Shown here piece after piece: positions 12,525 to 25,342 of a stretch of 64,000 nucleotides of DNA. This DNA comes from Podarcis pityusensis. Taxonomy: Eukaryota. Position 1 is the stretch's first letter. Each line of letters starts with the position of its first letter. The notes beneath the pieces are model-generated. The model had not been told where the DNA came from. It made no database searches and saw nothing but the letters and a program-made list of their open reading frames with translations. The translations under genes were made by a program, and so were the position numbers. The stretch lies in the NCBI GenBank assembly GCA_964106645.2, contig OZ067044.1; one strand, given 5' to 3'.

Positions 12525-13530
12525 TGGGGATGGGGAGATTTGGTTCAGTTGGCATTTAAATGAGAACTTATCTAATTCACTCTTTCCAAAGCAATATGCA
12601 AACTGAAGCACAGCCATCTTCTGAAATTGACACTTTGGATATTTAATTTTTATATATTTATACATTTTGGATATTTTATTTTTATATTAAAAATATACCT
12701 AAGTAGTGTAAAAAAAAAAGTGGAGCAACAACAGGCAACTTAAAATATTACAAAAATGCACCATTACATATAAAAATGTTGCATTAATACAAAGTTACCA
12801 ATATATATACACATCAATATCAATTCATTTTCTTTCTGATACACCCTCCCTCTCAGGCTCTGGGTTCTCACCCAGGGTCCAAACAAACTCTCAGCTCACC
12901 CACAAAAGTCTCACTCCAAGAAGCGTTCCTGGAAACTGCAGGCATCGCCCTAGTCTCTCACTCTAGATTTGCTTTTTATGGGCAGGCCCAAGGTGGACGG
13001 TACTTCTTCAGGGTGCCCCCAGCTGTGTCCCATTCAGCTGCACTCTCCACACCCAGTTCAGGTACAGAAGGTTTGTTGAGTTTCCTACGGGGTCCAGAGG
13101 ATGGGGAAAGGGCCCCCCTCCCCTCCCACCTCTTTCTTCATCCTCTATCCTCCCCTCTTCCTCCAGTTGCTTTGCAATGCAGTTCCTCAACTAAATGTGT
13201 ATAAGAATGCATATTGCAGGGTAAAGTGTACATAAAAATGCATATATTACTGAAGATAACATACAAATATGCATTGGTATTAGAAGAAATTCATTTGCAA
13301 ACATGTGCATGTTGGGCAAAATTGAATTCAAAAATCTGTATATTAGGATAAATTTGTGTTAAAGTTGTGTGGTGATTTTTTATAAGCATTTTATGACAAC
13401 AACAAAAAACCCCACCTAGTGACAAAGAGATTTTTTTTATGAAAACTTTTTTTTTCCAAAAGTTGAGAACTGAAGACTTTAAAAATGAGAAACTGAGAGA
13501 GACCAAATCTAGCAGATTTGGCCATCCTTA
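12525..13530. mobile_element. Non-autonomous hAT element carrying a ~525-bp internal insert
   Basis: Termini tggggatg / catcctta; 8-bp TSD gctgcctc (12517-12524) / gctgcctt (13531-13538); both halves match 19227-19661 in reverse. Confidence 0.85.
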
Positions 13531-14469
13531 GCTGCCTTAACCCAGTGTTGCCTGGGAGGGTTTCAGTCTGTCTGACACCCTAATGGGGGATGCCAGGGGT
13601 ATAACCTGGTGCTTCGGTCATGCAAAACATGTTTTCTACAACCAAGATATAGTCTCTCCTTCCAATCACCTTCCTCCTCTCCCAAAGGTCTCTCAATGAA
13701 CTGGAATACAGTGCAATTCTCTGCACGTTTACTTAAAGGTGAATCCCACTGTGATCAATAGTATTTACTCTTAGGGGGGCATTTATGTAGCATCACAGCC
13801 TGAGAATTTTGGGGGCACTCCACACATTCCCAGGGAAAAGAGGAAACTAATCCAGCAGCCTTTATTGGGGTATATATACTTTAGTGACATGGACCAATTA
13901 AACTGTGCCTTTGACAGTAATTATGACGGGTAACGAATTTGTCTGCCCTTCTCTCTTCCCTTCACCCTCCTACCATGGCTCAGGGTAGTTTAAAAGATAA
14001 TGAAAAGTATGATAGATGGATAAATAGCCGTTTATCCATGTGAACATTCATTAAGTCCTTTAAAAGAAAAAGAAAACGGTACAAGGCTCCTCACTCCCCC
14101 ACAATCAATTCTCCCATTTCAAGAACAGTTTATTACTTTTTAAAGAAATTGCTCCCCTCCCACAACACAACCAGAAACATTTTCTCTCCCCTCCCCATTT
14201 TTTTCAAGTTTCCACTCTGAATAAAATGGAACTACACCAGAAGCTGCTGACAATCTGCTGGTGATTGATTTGCATGGGATTAATAGGAGTCATGACAATT
14301 AGAACTTCCTCTATGCAGAGGGGGGCCAAACGCAGCCCCCAAGTCTCTGTTTGGTTCTGGGTTAGTTGCTGAGTTTGATTGACTTGCCTAAGATCCAGGA
14401 CAAAGCGCCACCTTTCAGAAATTCTCCCCAGATATCAATTCTGCCTTTGAAGTCTGGATGCATGGCAAC

Positions 14470-14711
14470 CCTGTTCTAGGCACTTTTTCCAGGCCACACC
14501 CCTTTCCCAGCAACAACCCTCATGGGGCCTGTTTATTATGTGAGTTTTTGCCTGGCTGAAATGCATCCCTGCCTGGGTGAAGGATAGGGAGGTGTGTGTA
14601 TAGAAGCTAACCTTTTTTACACTGGCCTCTTGCCCCACCCAGCCCTGGCATGTGGTCCCCAAAAGGTGGCCTAGATGGGAATACAGCTTTGAAAAGTGTT
14701 CTCCATCTCTG
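14470..14711. mobile_element. hAT-like MITE remnant
   Basis: ccaggccacacccct...tttttgcctggctgaaatg...aaaagtgttctccatctctg followed by atctagat; related to 29703-30173 and 18946-19699. Confidence 0.6.
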
Positions 14712-14944
14712 ATCTAGATCTCTGTGCATGTAAGCTTTCCTGTGAGTTGATGCTACCCTGATTGTGCAGGATTTGAGTTCCTGGAATCTACCTCTGCATA
14801 CAGGTTTTTACCCTGCAGATGTCAGCACCTAACAAACGGATATCGTGGGTGGGGCTGGCAGAAACCATGTTAATTCAGGAGTGGGGCTGGCACCAGAGCC
14901 CTGCTCCCTGGTAATCACATGCAAACCCCTTTATTCATTGGTCA

Positions 14945-15097
14945 TAGGGTTGCCATGTTTCAGAATAGTGATTTTAAGCTTTTGGAGCTTTTTCCACTGC
15001 TTTTTCCATCATGATGCTATACAGCCGGGTTTCCCCTGACATTTACACCTGAAAACCAGGGGCATGTCAGGAATTTCCCTGATCTATGGCAATCTTA
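14945..15097. mobile_element. Small hAT (Tip100/Blackjack-like) MITE
   Basis: Inverted termini tagggttgccat / atggcaatctta; no TSD seen. Confidence 0.5.
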
Positions 15098-17819
15098 CTG
15101 AACATATGAAGGGGGCTAGACAGTGTAGGTCATCTTCCATTGCCACCACCCGGTCCCCTCTCCTCATCACTGCTTCTGTTATTCTGCAGAAATTATTGTG
15201 CGTCAAGGTGGCAGGTTTTGCATCTACACTACTGACTTCAGCTGGCTTAAGAGAGACCAGGGTTCTCCAACAGTGAATTCTCAGCACCCTCATCAAGTTG
15301 AAATTCCTTAGTAAACCCTCTGTTTGGCTTAAAATTGATTTAATTTCATGGCGTAGTAGAGAAATATACCCTAGTGCAACTTCATGGCAGCATTTGGACT
15401 TTCATAAAGGAAAGGCATAGAGAGAGAAATGTTCCTCCCTCCCTACTGCTAAAGAAACAGAAACTGAAGAGCAGTCAGTTAAATGGGTCTGTGGGCTCCC
15501 AGGGAATTTGTGGGGAGGGAATAAGACCTTTTCCCGCTCCCAGTGATGTCATCAGAAATGTGGTGACATAAAAATTGGGCTTGGAAGTTTCTGTGATTCA
15601 GTTTTATTTTGTTTTTGAAAAATAGCTCAGTTTGCTGAGCCTGATTCAGAATCCAATGGGGCGGGGGGAATTGATCCATCCCTAGATGACATAGTTCTCC
15701 TCAAACTATTTGATTCTGAAATTGCTTTCCTAAGGGAAGGTTATTTGCTAGGAGGTTTGTACCTGTCATGCATTGGAAGGAACCATGTTGAACCATTTCA
15801 AATAACCTCCTCTTCCATTCTGGTGCTGATGCACATGGATGAATTTTATGTCCCATGAAAAGTTTTTTTTTTTAAAAAAACCCAAACCAGTGGACTATAC
15901 AAGGCTATGGCCTTCAAGTTAACATTATTCAGCAACACAACGTATGTGATTAAAGAGCAACAGAGTCAAAATGGACATGGTGGCATCCCATGCATGTTTT
16001 AAACCTGGACCTGACCAAAACACATATAAAGCGGGAGGGGGGGTCCAATTTAAGACACAAACAAGTTCATGGGTGAACAGTTCTAATCCTTTCACCCCCT
16101 CTTCAGATCACCTCCTTACAGCCTTCTGCAACACGCCCCCCCCCCCCAGCCAGGATCTCTTCCATTCACAGAACCTGGTGGATGGAAAGATTGAATTTGG
16201 AGGTAAGCTGTGGGTATTTGGGGTGGGAATTCTACACTCTTCACTCTTCCTTTTGCTCTTAAAAGAAGATTCCCCTGCCCTGTACTTTTTGCAGAAAGTA
16301 TGTTTTGCAGAGCAGAACCAGTTAAAATCTACAAGTCTGTAGCCTGGACTACAAAAAAGAGTTTATGAGGAGCATTACAGTCATAAACAGCCCAAGGGGT
16401 GTGTGTGGGTGTGTGAGGAAAGAGAGATTGTTCTATATCTAGATCTATTTTTCTATCTATCTATCTAAGGATTAGAATATTAAAATGATTATATAAATCC
16501 TATTTTAAGAATTAGTTGATGTTTTCCATAGTTGATTCATTTTTGGAGCAAAAGAAAATTTAGCACAACCCCCCCCCCCCAGTAATTTCACTGTCATCTT
16601 TAATGGCATAAAAATCAATAAAGAAATCACATATAATAACAAATGGAATTGCCTCTTGCAAACCTGTCATGGATGAGGAATGCAGAATTACTCGATCATA
16701 AATCCATAGAACATAAATACAATTTTCCTCCATCAAAACTTGCAGGGTGATTAGATTATACCATATCATGAGCTAATTATTAGCCCAGTCCTCCATGATT
16801 AAAATAAGACTTAAAATATGTTTTTACTGTTAAAGAAAACAAAAACAGAATAAAATCATCTTTTCCTCTTGAAACACACTTGCACAGAGTCCACACCTCC
16901 ACACTGGAATGCAATGGACTATAATAAGCTGCTTGCAGAGGTTATGAGGACTGCTTGAACATTATACATGGTCAGTTGGAGGAAATAGGACAGGAGTGAT
17001 GGGGCCATTGGTTGTGTTCAGTGAAAGGCAGCTTCTATTTGCCCATTTAAGCTTGCCTAAATCAAAGGAGACCAAACAAGTGGCTTCCTGCTTCCATTCT
17101 AAGTGTTTGTTGAACAGTACGGAGTTCATTTTATACAGTAGTTCACTATTTGTATTAACTAAGCCAAATATTGTGAAATAGACTATGACACCTGTCTAAC
17201 TGAATGAAGATAAGGCTAGATAGGTTTTTAATTAATCCAGTTAGCAAAATTATGTGTAAAGTCTTTGAAAAGGGCTCTGTGATCAACATGGATTAAGAGT
17301 CTTGCCGCTGTCTCGGAAGTAAAATTCATTGTTCAGCACTAAGATTTGCTGCAAGGCCAATGGCCGCTTAGGCTTGGGTGTATTTACCTCTGTGTTAATG
17401 CAGTGATGAAAACTAAGACTGTCAACACAAAAAATATATCTCAACAAGTGTCTAGAAATTCAGAGGGACGACCTGTGGCCCATAATCACTTGTGGATGGT
17501 GAGAGGCTTCAGAGGTGATGCATTGGTTTCCTTTGGAACGAGGTCACGGAAGGCTTATTGGTGCTTTTTAATATTTGTTTTTGTTTACAAATATGCAGGT
17601 TGAGCATTGGTGGAGACCCTCAAAATCCTCTGCTCCCACATCCAGTGAGCCAGCTAAACCATAACTCAGATCTCTGTGTTTCTTCATCATCTCCTTCATA
17701 CTGCAGCCAGTGCTTCACATCAGAGATCACTAACCTCTTTGGCTCTGGAGGGGGGGGGGCTACTTAAATAAAGTATTGGTAGGGAAGCCCGGTTCCACCT
17801 AACTGATCACATGACACAG

Positions 17820-17824
<5 letters not shown>

Positions 17825-17856
<32 letters not shown>
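17825..17856. repeat. (CA)n microsatellite
   Basis: Direct reading. Confidence 0.95.
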
Positions 17857-17857
<1 letters not shown>

Positions 17858-18262
17858 ATTTGAATGGCAATGCCCATTAACTTTGGGGGCACTAATATTT
17901 GGGGCAATAATATTTTATTTGGGGGGGTACAAAGGGACCTCACCCCCTAGGAGTTGGCACCTATGCATGGGGACATTTGTGTTTTTGAGCAGGTGCTGTG
18001 AGTCTGACCACTTCTGGCTACTTCTCTCTCCTGAATTGTCCTTATATGTTAGCTTTTGTCCCAGTCATGTTTTGTTATTTCTTAAGTTGGCTATTTAACC
18101 ATTTTCAAAAAGCCTTAAAAGAGACTGAGAAAAATAAAATAACCTTCTTTAACTTTTGAATTGACCATCCTCTACTCAGCATGTATGAAGCGAGGTGAAA
18201 AACACTGTAACACCCAAATTTGAAAGAGCTTTAATTGCATCCTGGTTTTCTGTTTAATGCTA

Positions 18263-18268
<6 letters not shown>

Positions 18269-18330
<62 letters not shown>

Positions 18331-18335
18331 TGTGT
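18269..18335. repeat. Compound (TC)n(TG)n microsatellite
   Basis: Direct reading. Confidence 0.95.
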
Positions 18336-18945
18336 TTAGAATAACATATATAAAGGCAACTGTAGAATATGTCTTACTCTCTTCGAGAGATACAAGATAA
18401 AACTCTTCTTCAAAGTTTTTGAAATTGGGTATTACCTTCCTTCTCACTTCTGCACAATAGCAGGGGTTTTATACTGACAGATAAGCAGAGAGAACCTGAG
18501 GAGCTCTTTATCTGGGAGGGGGAAAAGAAAAGACTCTGAGAATAGCGGGTACATTCATGTGAAATGGGGAGGGGTGTGTGATTACACTTCCACTAATGTC
18601 AAAAAAGCTTTTTGCAAATCTTTCACACACAAAAAGTAGTTAGATAAACATAGCTTCTGTCACCACCCCCACCACCCCCCTGTTTAATCGGAGATGCTTT
18701 CTAATGCACCAACGATTAGCTTCCAAGAAAGAAGATGCTTTCTTTTACATTTAATGTTAATGGCAAACCCGCAGTTATAAACATTTGGAGCTGATATCCT
18801 GCTGTGTCAGTGACAGCCCAGAGTGATAAGTGTGCAAATGAAAAAGGGGAAATGTTGGTGACCAAGCAAGAAGTATGTTTGATCCTGACAATTACAAAAT
18901 AAACTAATGCCAGATTATTCTAATTTGCATTGCATTGTCACGATC

Positions 18946-19699
18946 AGGATTGGGGAACCATGCTCAACAATCCTGGGGCCCATATGCTATTGGTGGACAG
19001 CATCAAAGGAAAAATGGGTGAAGCAACAAGCATACATTTTATCTGTGTACAATAGATTAGGTTAGTTTCTACACACATTCACCCACCTCTCTTTATCCTC
19101 CATCCAGGAAATCAAAACACAATATTACATTTCAAGGACACATTTCTGCCAGGCCAAAAAAAAATATGATTAAGGAGGGTATGAAGTAGTGCTAGAGGAA
19201 GGATGTGATCTAGGGAGAGTTCTAAGTAGAGATGGACTACTTGGTCAATTTTGGTTTCTCTCAGTTTCTCATTTTTCCCACTCGTAAGTTCATTTCCACA
19301 TTAGTTTGTGACTTTATAAATAAATAAATAAATAAATAAAGTCAGGTTCTCATGAAAATCCACCAGCATTTTAGTGCAATTTCCCTCTACATCGCCGCAT
19401 GCAGTTTTTGCCTAATATACATATTTTTGCAAAGGAATTTCCCCCTTCAGAACACATTTTTTGTATGCTGCTTTCACTAATATATACATTTTACCCACAC
19501 TTTAACATAATATATGCATTTTTGTATATATTACTTGGCTTATGAGCTATATTGAAAAATTCAGTGTGGATTTTAATGGGTTTGGTTTACATATTGTTTT
19601 GAAAAGGATGGATTGGGTAAGTTCACCTATAAATGCAAAGGGAATTTCTCTTGCATCCCAAGTTCTGAGAACCTCTCAACCTACAGTTTCCCACCCTTG
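18946..19699. mobile_element. Old hAT-like element interrupted by a second hAT element
   Basis: Termini caggattggggaacc / gtttcccacccttg; body resembles 14470-14711 in reverse. Confidence 0.6.
19227..19661. mobile_element. Non-autonomous hAT element (nested)
   Basis: Termini tagagatg / catcccaa; 8-bp TSD gttctaag (19219-19226) / gttctgag (19662-19669). Confidence 0.85.
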
Positions 19700-20563
19700 G
19701 TCAGGACCAACCACTGCCAACAACCCAATTACCTTGAATCAAGATGAGGAGCTCTCATCCCCAGTGAATTCAAAACTAATCTGCCCTGCCCAGTGCTGTA
19801 ATGGAAACAACTATGGAAGCAGTGCAGATGAACACATTCTCACAATAGGAGAAAATGTTATTTCTGCTGTGCCAAAACTCAACTTGCCATTAAATGGGGT
19901 GAGGTTTAAAGGTTAAGATGCTGGTGGATGGTAAATGCTGTGCAGTCTTTACAGTGCCAAACTACATCCAGGTCCAAATTTGTAATAAGCCCTCACTAGG
20001 TGACCATCGCTCTGTCTAATTTGCCTCACATCATGGATATGGGGGGCGGGGAGAACCATGTACACTGCTCTGATCTCCTTGGAAGATGAGAAGGATAGAA
20101 TAGTAAGCATGGAAACATTAGCCTGGCCTGAACCTACCTCAGGAATTGCTTCTTGTTATGCAAGTCTGTTCTCTCTCAAAATGTACACTAATATCAGCTC
20201 AGAAGACCCTGCTTAGAGTTCCCTGCACTCAGGGTTATAGATAGGTCACCAAGTGAGCCTGCTGTGCCTTTTCTCTAAGGACTTCCCCATCCACAACCTA
20301 AATGACCAAAGCTACAGTTCATCCATTAGTCTCTTGACTTGGTATTACTGGCAACATTAGGAAACATTTCCAAATTTATTTTGGGTTTTGTTTATGTTCA
20401 GAGTTGAATGTTCTGAGCACACACACCATACTTCACAATGTGTTAACCCTTTGGAGGACAACAGGACAGTAGAGATGGTCCAATGATGGTCCAATGCAAG
20501 CACCCCAGCATGGTGGGGCGAATGCCAGGGTCCATTAGTCCAAGAAGTCCTATCACTGATTAT

Positions 20564-20811
20564 GTTGTTGTTGTTTAGTCGTTTAGTCGTGTCCGACTCT
20601 TCGTGACTCCATGGACCAGAGCACGCCAGGCACTCCCTTCATGGATCACTGCCTTGCCATGGCGAAGGGGCTTGAAAGACTCAGAGAAGCTATGAGCTAT
20701 GCCGTGCAGGGCCACCCAAGATGGACAGGTCATAGTGGAGAGTTTTGACCAAACGTGATCCACCTGGAGCAGGAACCGGCAAGCCACTCCAGTATCCCTG
20801 CCAAGAAAACT
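20564..20811 (-). mobile_element. BovB (RTE) derived insertion with inverted 5' segment
   Basis: 20564-~20636 is the BovB 3' end with (CAA)n tail on minus; ~20637-20811 is BovB 5'-region sequence on plus; 14-bp TSD ctatcactgattat at 20550-20563 and 20812-20825. Confidence 0.9.
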
Positions 20812-21229
20812 CTATCACTGATTATACCTGCCTCTTTTTCTTTTAATTTACTTTTTTCCAAAAATGGTCTGGCACCTTGAAGAGACATGTCAGGAGAGGC
20901 GACTCCAGTCACCATTGTAATTTTCCCAGAATGCCTCCCGGTTCCAAAATAGGGCTCAGAGGCATACTGGGAAAATTAAGGTTGGGGTGGTTCTCTTTTC
21001 ATCACCAGGCTGCCTACTGCCACCGCTTCCCTCTTCTGTCCACAGTTGCTCAGCCTGCTGTACCTTGGTAAGCTCATGGAGGAGCTAAGAGGGCATTAAT
21101 GAGGAGGTGCACATAGCTCCAACCCACAGCCCAAGATAAAGACTTATTTTCAGAAGTATGAAGTCATAATGAGAGACATATGAGGAATTAGTAGCCATTA
21201 ACTACAAGTTGAAGTCTTGTGCTCATAGG

Positions 21230-21570
21230 TCACTATTGTCTATGGGAAAACTTGTCTTTCTGGTTCCAAAGTTCTCAAAAGCTCACTCCACAGTAACAGA
21301 GCAGGGCCTTTAGTGTGGCTGTCCCTGTTCAGTGGAAAAGACGTCCTGTCAAGACACAACAGCTGACCATGATCTATATGTTCTGGAAACAATTGAAGGT
21401 GTTTTTGTTCAAACAAGCTTTCATAGCTGGTCTCTGCCATGGGTGTCTGCCTGATATTGTTTTTGACTGCTCTTGTTTTCTTTGCTGCTTTCATTTTTGT
21501 TTTGTTTTTTTACATGTTTTTATTGCAATTTGCACATCATCTTGAGATATATATGTGGAAGGCAATAAAT
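21230..21570 (+). mobile_element. L2 LINE 3' remnant
   Basis: gcagggcctttagtgtggctgtccct...tggaa...ttgaaggtgtttttgttcaaacaagcttt, a T-rich 3'UTR and gaaggcaataaat end. Confidence 0.65.
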
Positions 21571-21635
21571 AGATAGATAGATAGATAGATAGATGATAGA
21601 TAGATAGATAGATAGATGATAGATAGATAGATAGA
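21568..21635. repeat. (AGAT)n microsatellite
   Basis: Direct reading. Confidence 0.95.
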
Positions 21636-22869
21636 CAATGTTTTATTTATCCTCACTGATCTTTTTTTGGAATGATTTTAAATGCATGTTTGTTTTTGTT
21701 TTAAATAACACTTCTTAATATTTAATTTAACTTGCTTACTGAGTTGAGCCTTTCAAAAGGTGCAGCCTCCTGTTTAGGGCTTTCCCAGAATGTGGTCCCC
21801 CATTGCATAGATAGCAAAGAACAGTACACACCTGAACATCATACAATTTCCAGATAATTGTGTGGGTTTCTCAAAATCAGCAGGAGGCAGCCCAGTCAGT
21901 CATGTTTAATCTCTGGGCTTTCTCAGCAGTTCTTTGCATCTGGCATCTCTGGCTCTGTTCCCAGGCAGGTGTAATTTCAAACACTGGGACCAGTGACAGC
22001 TTTTCTATGGATACAAATGTCACCGCTTACAGTTCAATACCTCATGCAAGCCTACAAATAGGAATTTATTCCATTAGGAAGGGGATGCTCCCTCTATCCC
22101 AGTGAGGGCCAACAGCTACATATGCCTTCCCAAGGTAGATCTGAACTAAGATAGGACTTGCATTCTGATCAGGAACAACAAATACATTTGGGAGTTTTGA
22201 TGGCTTCCTTAGCTTGTCTTTCATGGCTGGGCTGATAGGTATGTGTGCAAGATTTGTAGGAACACTGGGCTTTCCTACATTTTCAACCCAGCAGTTCCCA
22301 AATAACACAACAAATGCTGTTGTGCCACCCCAAGACATTTTGCTGATGGAGCTGAAGGACAAGGTGGCTCCTTTTTCAGTCTATGCAGAGAACTCAAGCA
22401 TATTGGCTGTTGAGTTTTACTTTAACACTGGTGATGGAACAGTGTTCTCCACTAAACCTGAGGGAAGCCAACTAATATAGGGGGTTCAAGGCAGATGGTG
22501 GCGCACACAATTTTGTCCAACAAAAGAAGGAAATGGCCAGGGGACAAGCCCAGGGGACAGCCACCAATATCCTCCCACTTCCCACAGTAGCTGCTAGTGC
22601 CACCTGAAGTAGCTTTCTCACTCTGCCTAATGGTAGCACCGACCCTGGTCTTGTGCTTAGCACCAGAAGCTGCCACAGGAAGAAAACTTCCCAAGAAATT
22701 CCTGTTTCCCCTTTGCATGCTCTCTCTTGTATGTGCTTTTGTGGCTCCTATCTAGAGAAGAGTGTATTTCCTTCACTCCATTCTTGTATGGTCCCCTGAG
22801 TTCATTTTGTTCTCCTTTCCACCTCTCCCAAATTCAGTTTTAACCAGGAAACTTTCTAAGATTGATTCC

Positions 22870-23138
22870 TAATTTGGAAGAAGCACCATCTTCAATGGAA
22901 ACGTCCATCCAATAGTGGTGGAACCATCGCATAGTGGTGCCACCCACCGTTAACTCAGACAGCCACTCCAGTAGAATACCATGGTCAATGGTATTGAAAG
23001 CCACTGAGAGGTTGAGGACATTTAACAAGAACACATTTCTCATGTCTGTCTTCTGACAGAGATCACCATACAGAGCAACCAAAGCACATATCCAAATTGA
23101 AATGGATCCAGAATATCAGTTTTCTCCAAAAGCGCCTT
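22870..23138 (-). mobile_element. L2 LINE reverse-transcriptase fragment
   Basis: ORF 22840..23082 LLNVLNLSVAFNTIDHGILLEWLSELTVGGTTMRWF resembles the L2 RT motif LLDLSAAFDTIDHGILL...GGT.L.WF. Confidence 0.85.
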
Positions 23139-23147
23139 GTTCTAGAA

Positions 23148-23357
23148 CAGATATGTCCAGCCGGTCAACTGCGATCTACAGGTAGATCCCTGGATGTTAG
23201 CGGTCAATCACGGGAGCCTTATCGATCGCTGGATTAACTGAAGTGGGCAATGACTTTTGGGAAATGCTCCTCCTCCCTCCAATGAGAATGGGTAGATCAC
23301 TGCCAGTTTTTATATACTGGGAGTAGATTTCAGTCTCTTGGGAGTTGGATGTGCCTG
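23148..23357. mobile_element. hAT-Charlie-like MITE
   Basis: Termini cagatatgtcca / tggatgtgcctg; TSD ttctagaa (23140-23147) / atctagaa (23358-23365), the NTCTAGAN target of hAT-Charlie. Confidence 0.8.
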
Positions 23358-24694
23358 ATCTAGAAGGGGTCTGATGAAGTACACAACAGTTTCCTATTTC
23401 CCTATCAAAACTACAGTGATTAAGGCAGCAAGAATACAACCTTTAAAACTGTTTAAATCTCTCAAGCATTCCTAAACATCATTCTCATGTTATATAAAGT
23501 ACAGAGACAAAAAATGGTTACATAGCTCTACAAAGATGTCAAATATTCAAGTTTCTTATAGAATGATCTCCCAGCGATCCACTCAGAGGATCTAAAAAAA
23601 GACCCACCTGATATCCAAGATGCTGCAAGCCATTTGACCACTTTGTCACAAACCTATTGTAAGTAAACAGTTGGAGAAACTGAACAGCATGCTGTAATTG
23701 ACAACGACCGTTTCCCACCTTGGCTTAACTTCCCTGCTCATTTTAGTCATCTGTTAAATGTTAATGTTTGTAAAGCACTTCAGAGGTTAAAAGTGGTGCA
23801 TAATTGCTGTGTATTATTATTCTCATGCTCCCTTTGATCTTTATAAGGTTATCCAAACTCAGAGCAATTAAGCTTTCGATAAAAATGGCAGGAGCTTTTT
23901 CTTTGTAGAAAATGTCAAATCCGTAGTTTTCAATTTCCCATAATCTCTACTGGAAGAGTGAATGCAAAACGAAAAGCAATTGATCAAAAAGCCTTGACAC
24001 AAAGAACACCTCGACAATGTAAATGAAACCCAGCTTGTTAAAATATATATATCGAAAAGAGAAGATTTGTATACATTTTTCCCGTGAAAAAAGACTCTCC
24101 TGTCTCTGATTTGAGAAGGGAATTGGAAGATGTATTTTTATGGTGTCGGGTAATTGCTGTTTTGAAAACAGCAGTGTTTTTCACGGAGAACTAAGGGGAG
24201 GTTGGTAGACCTTTGTTCTTTATTTGGAAGATTTATGTTGCTAACCTTCAGCCAAAGCATGATCTATGAGCATAGAACTTCACTGGAAGAAGAGGGAAAA
24301 TATGCCTTCCTGAATTATAAAAGATGGAATGCTGGTATAATAGTATATGCAGCTTACTTAAATGATTCCTAAGAATGAGGCCAAGCTGAATAAAAGAAAA
24401 GGATATCAAATGATGGACAGCCATGACCCCTGTAGTTAGCTTAGGTTCTACTTCAAGGCGGGAAGTGATTGCAACAAGGCATGATTACCTGGAAGTAGGA
24501 ATGAGGAAGAAATTCAATTTTTTTTTTGCCTTTCAAAAGAAACTACCTAATTTGCACTGAAGTTGCCACTCACATCAATTTTGTATTGGCAAAATCCTTG
24601 ATATTTACAGATGCTCATGTGCATTTAAACTATATCTTAGCAGCATAAGTATTAACAAATGAACACAGATGGTGGCATGGAGATTCAAACTTTG

Positions 24695-24998
24695 ACCCTG
24701 GAAGGCATCTATTACTCAATGGTCTGAGGACCTCACTGCCTTGCCCACTTTCATACCTATTTCATATAAGCAACAATTTAATGTGGATGCCTAGTTGGAC
24801 ATCTGGAGATCTTGTATTAACTTTTATGTTTAAGATTCATGTACTGATAGTCACTGTATCCTCAGTGTGAACTCATGGTGGTCTACTGTTATTATTCTTT
24901 CTTTCTTTTTTTATTCTCTTTCTTCTTAATTTTAATTCATCTTCTCTCCCCGCCCCCCCCTTTTCCTTTTCTTGTTAAATTAGCAAATAAAAAAAATA
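24695..24998 (+). mobile_element. L1-clade LINE 3' remnant
   Basis: Translates ITQWSEDLTALPTF...SYKQQFNVDA*LDIWRSCINFYV*, like a reptile L1 ORF2 C-terminus, then T-rich UTR and aataaaaaaaa end. Confidence 0.65.
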
Positions 24999-25342
24999 GA
25001 GAAAATTACACACTGGAACTTATGTATTCCGTATCAGAGTATTGATGCCAAGGGGATACAGTTGTGTTTCTGGTCCAATTTTGGGAGCACAGGGAGATTT
25101 GGAGGTATAATGCCAGGTGTACCTGCCAGACAAAGTATCCAAATCTATCAAAATAAATAAGTGTTAAGGTCCTGCTTTCTGATAAGCCAGACTAGTAGAT
25201 TGTTCTTTGAACTAAACTAAATCAAAGTGCATTCTGTAGAATAATGCAACAAATGATTGTGACAAGTGTGCTGTAGATGTGCATGACTTTCAAAACGCAT
25301 AGCAAAACATACTTATTTTGTTAAGTAGAACTAAAAGCACAT

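Noticed and set aside
18172-18447. ORFs with (HT)n/(RE)n/(LS)n runs, also 37882-38332
   Set aside because: Translations of dinucleotide microsatellites.
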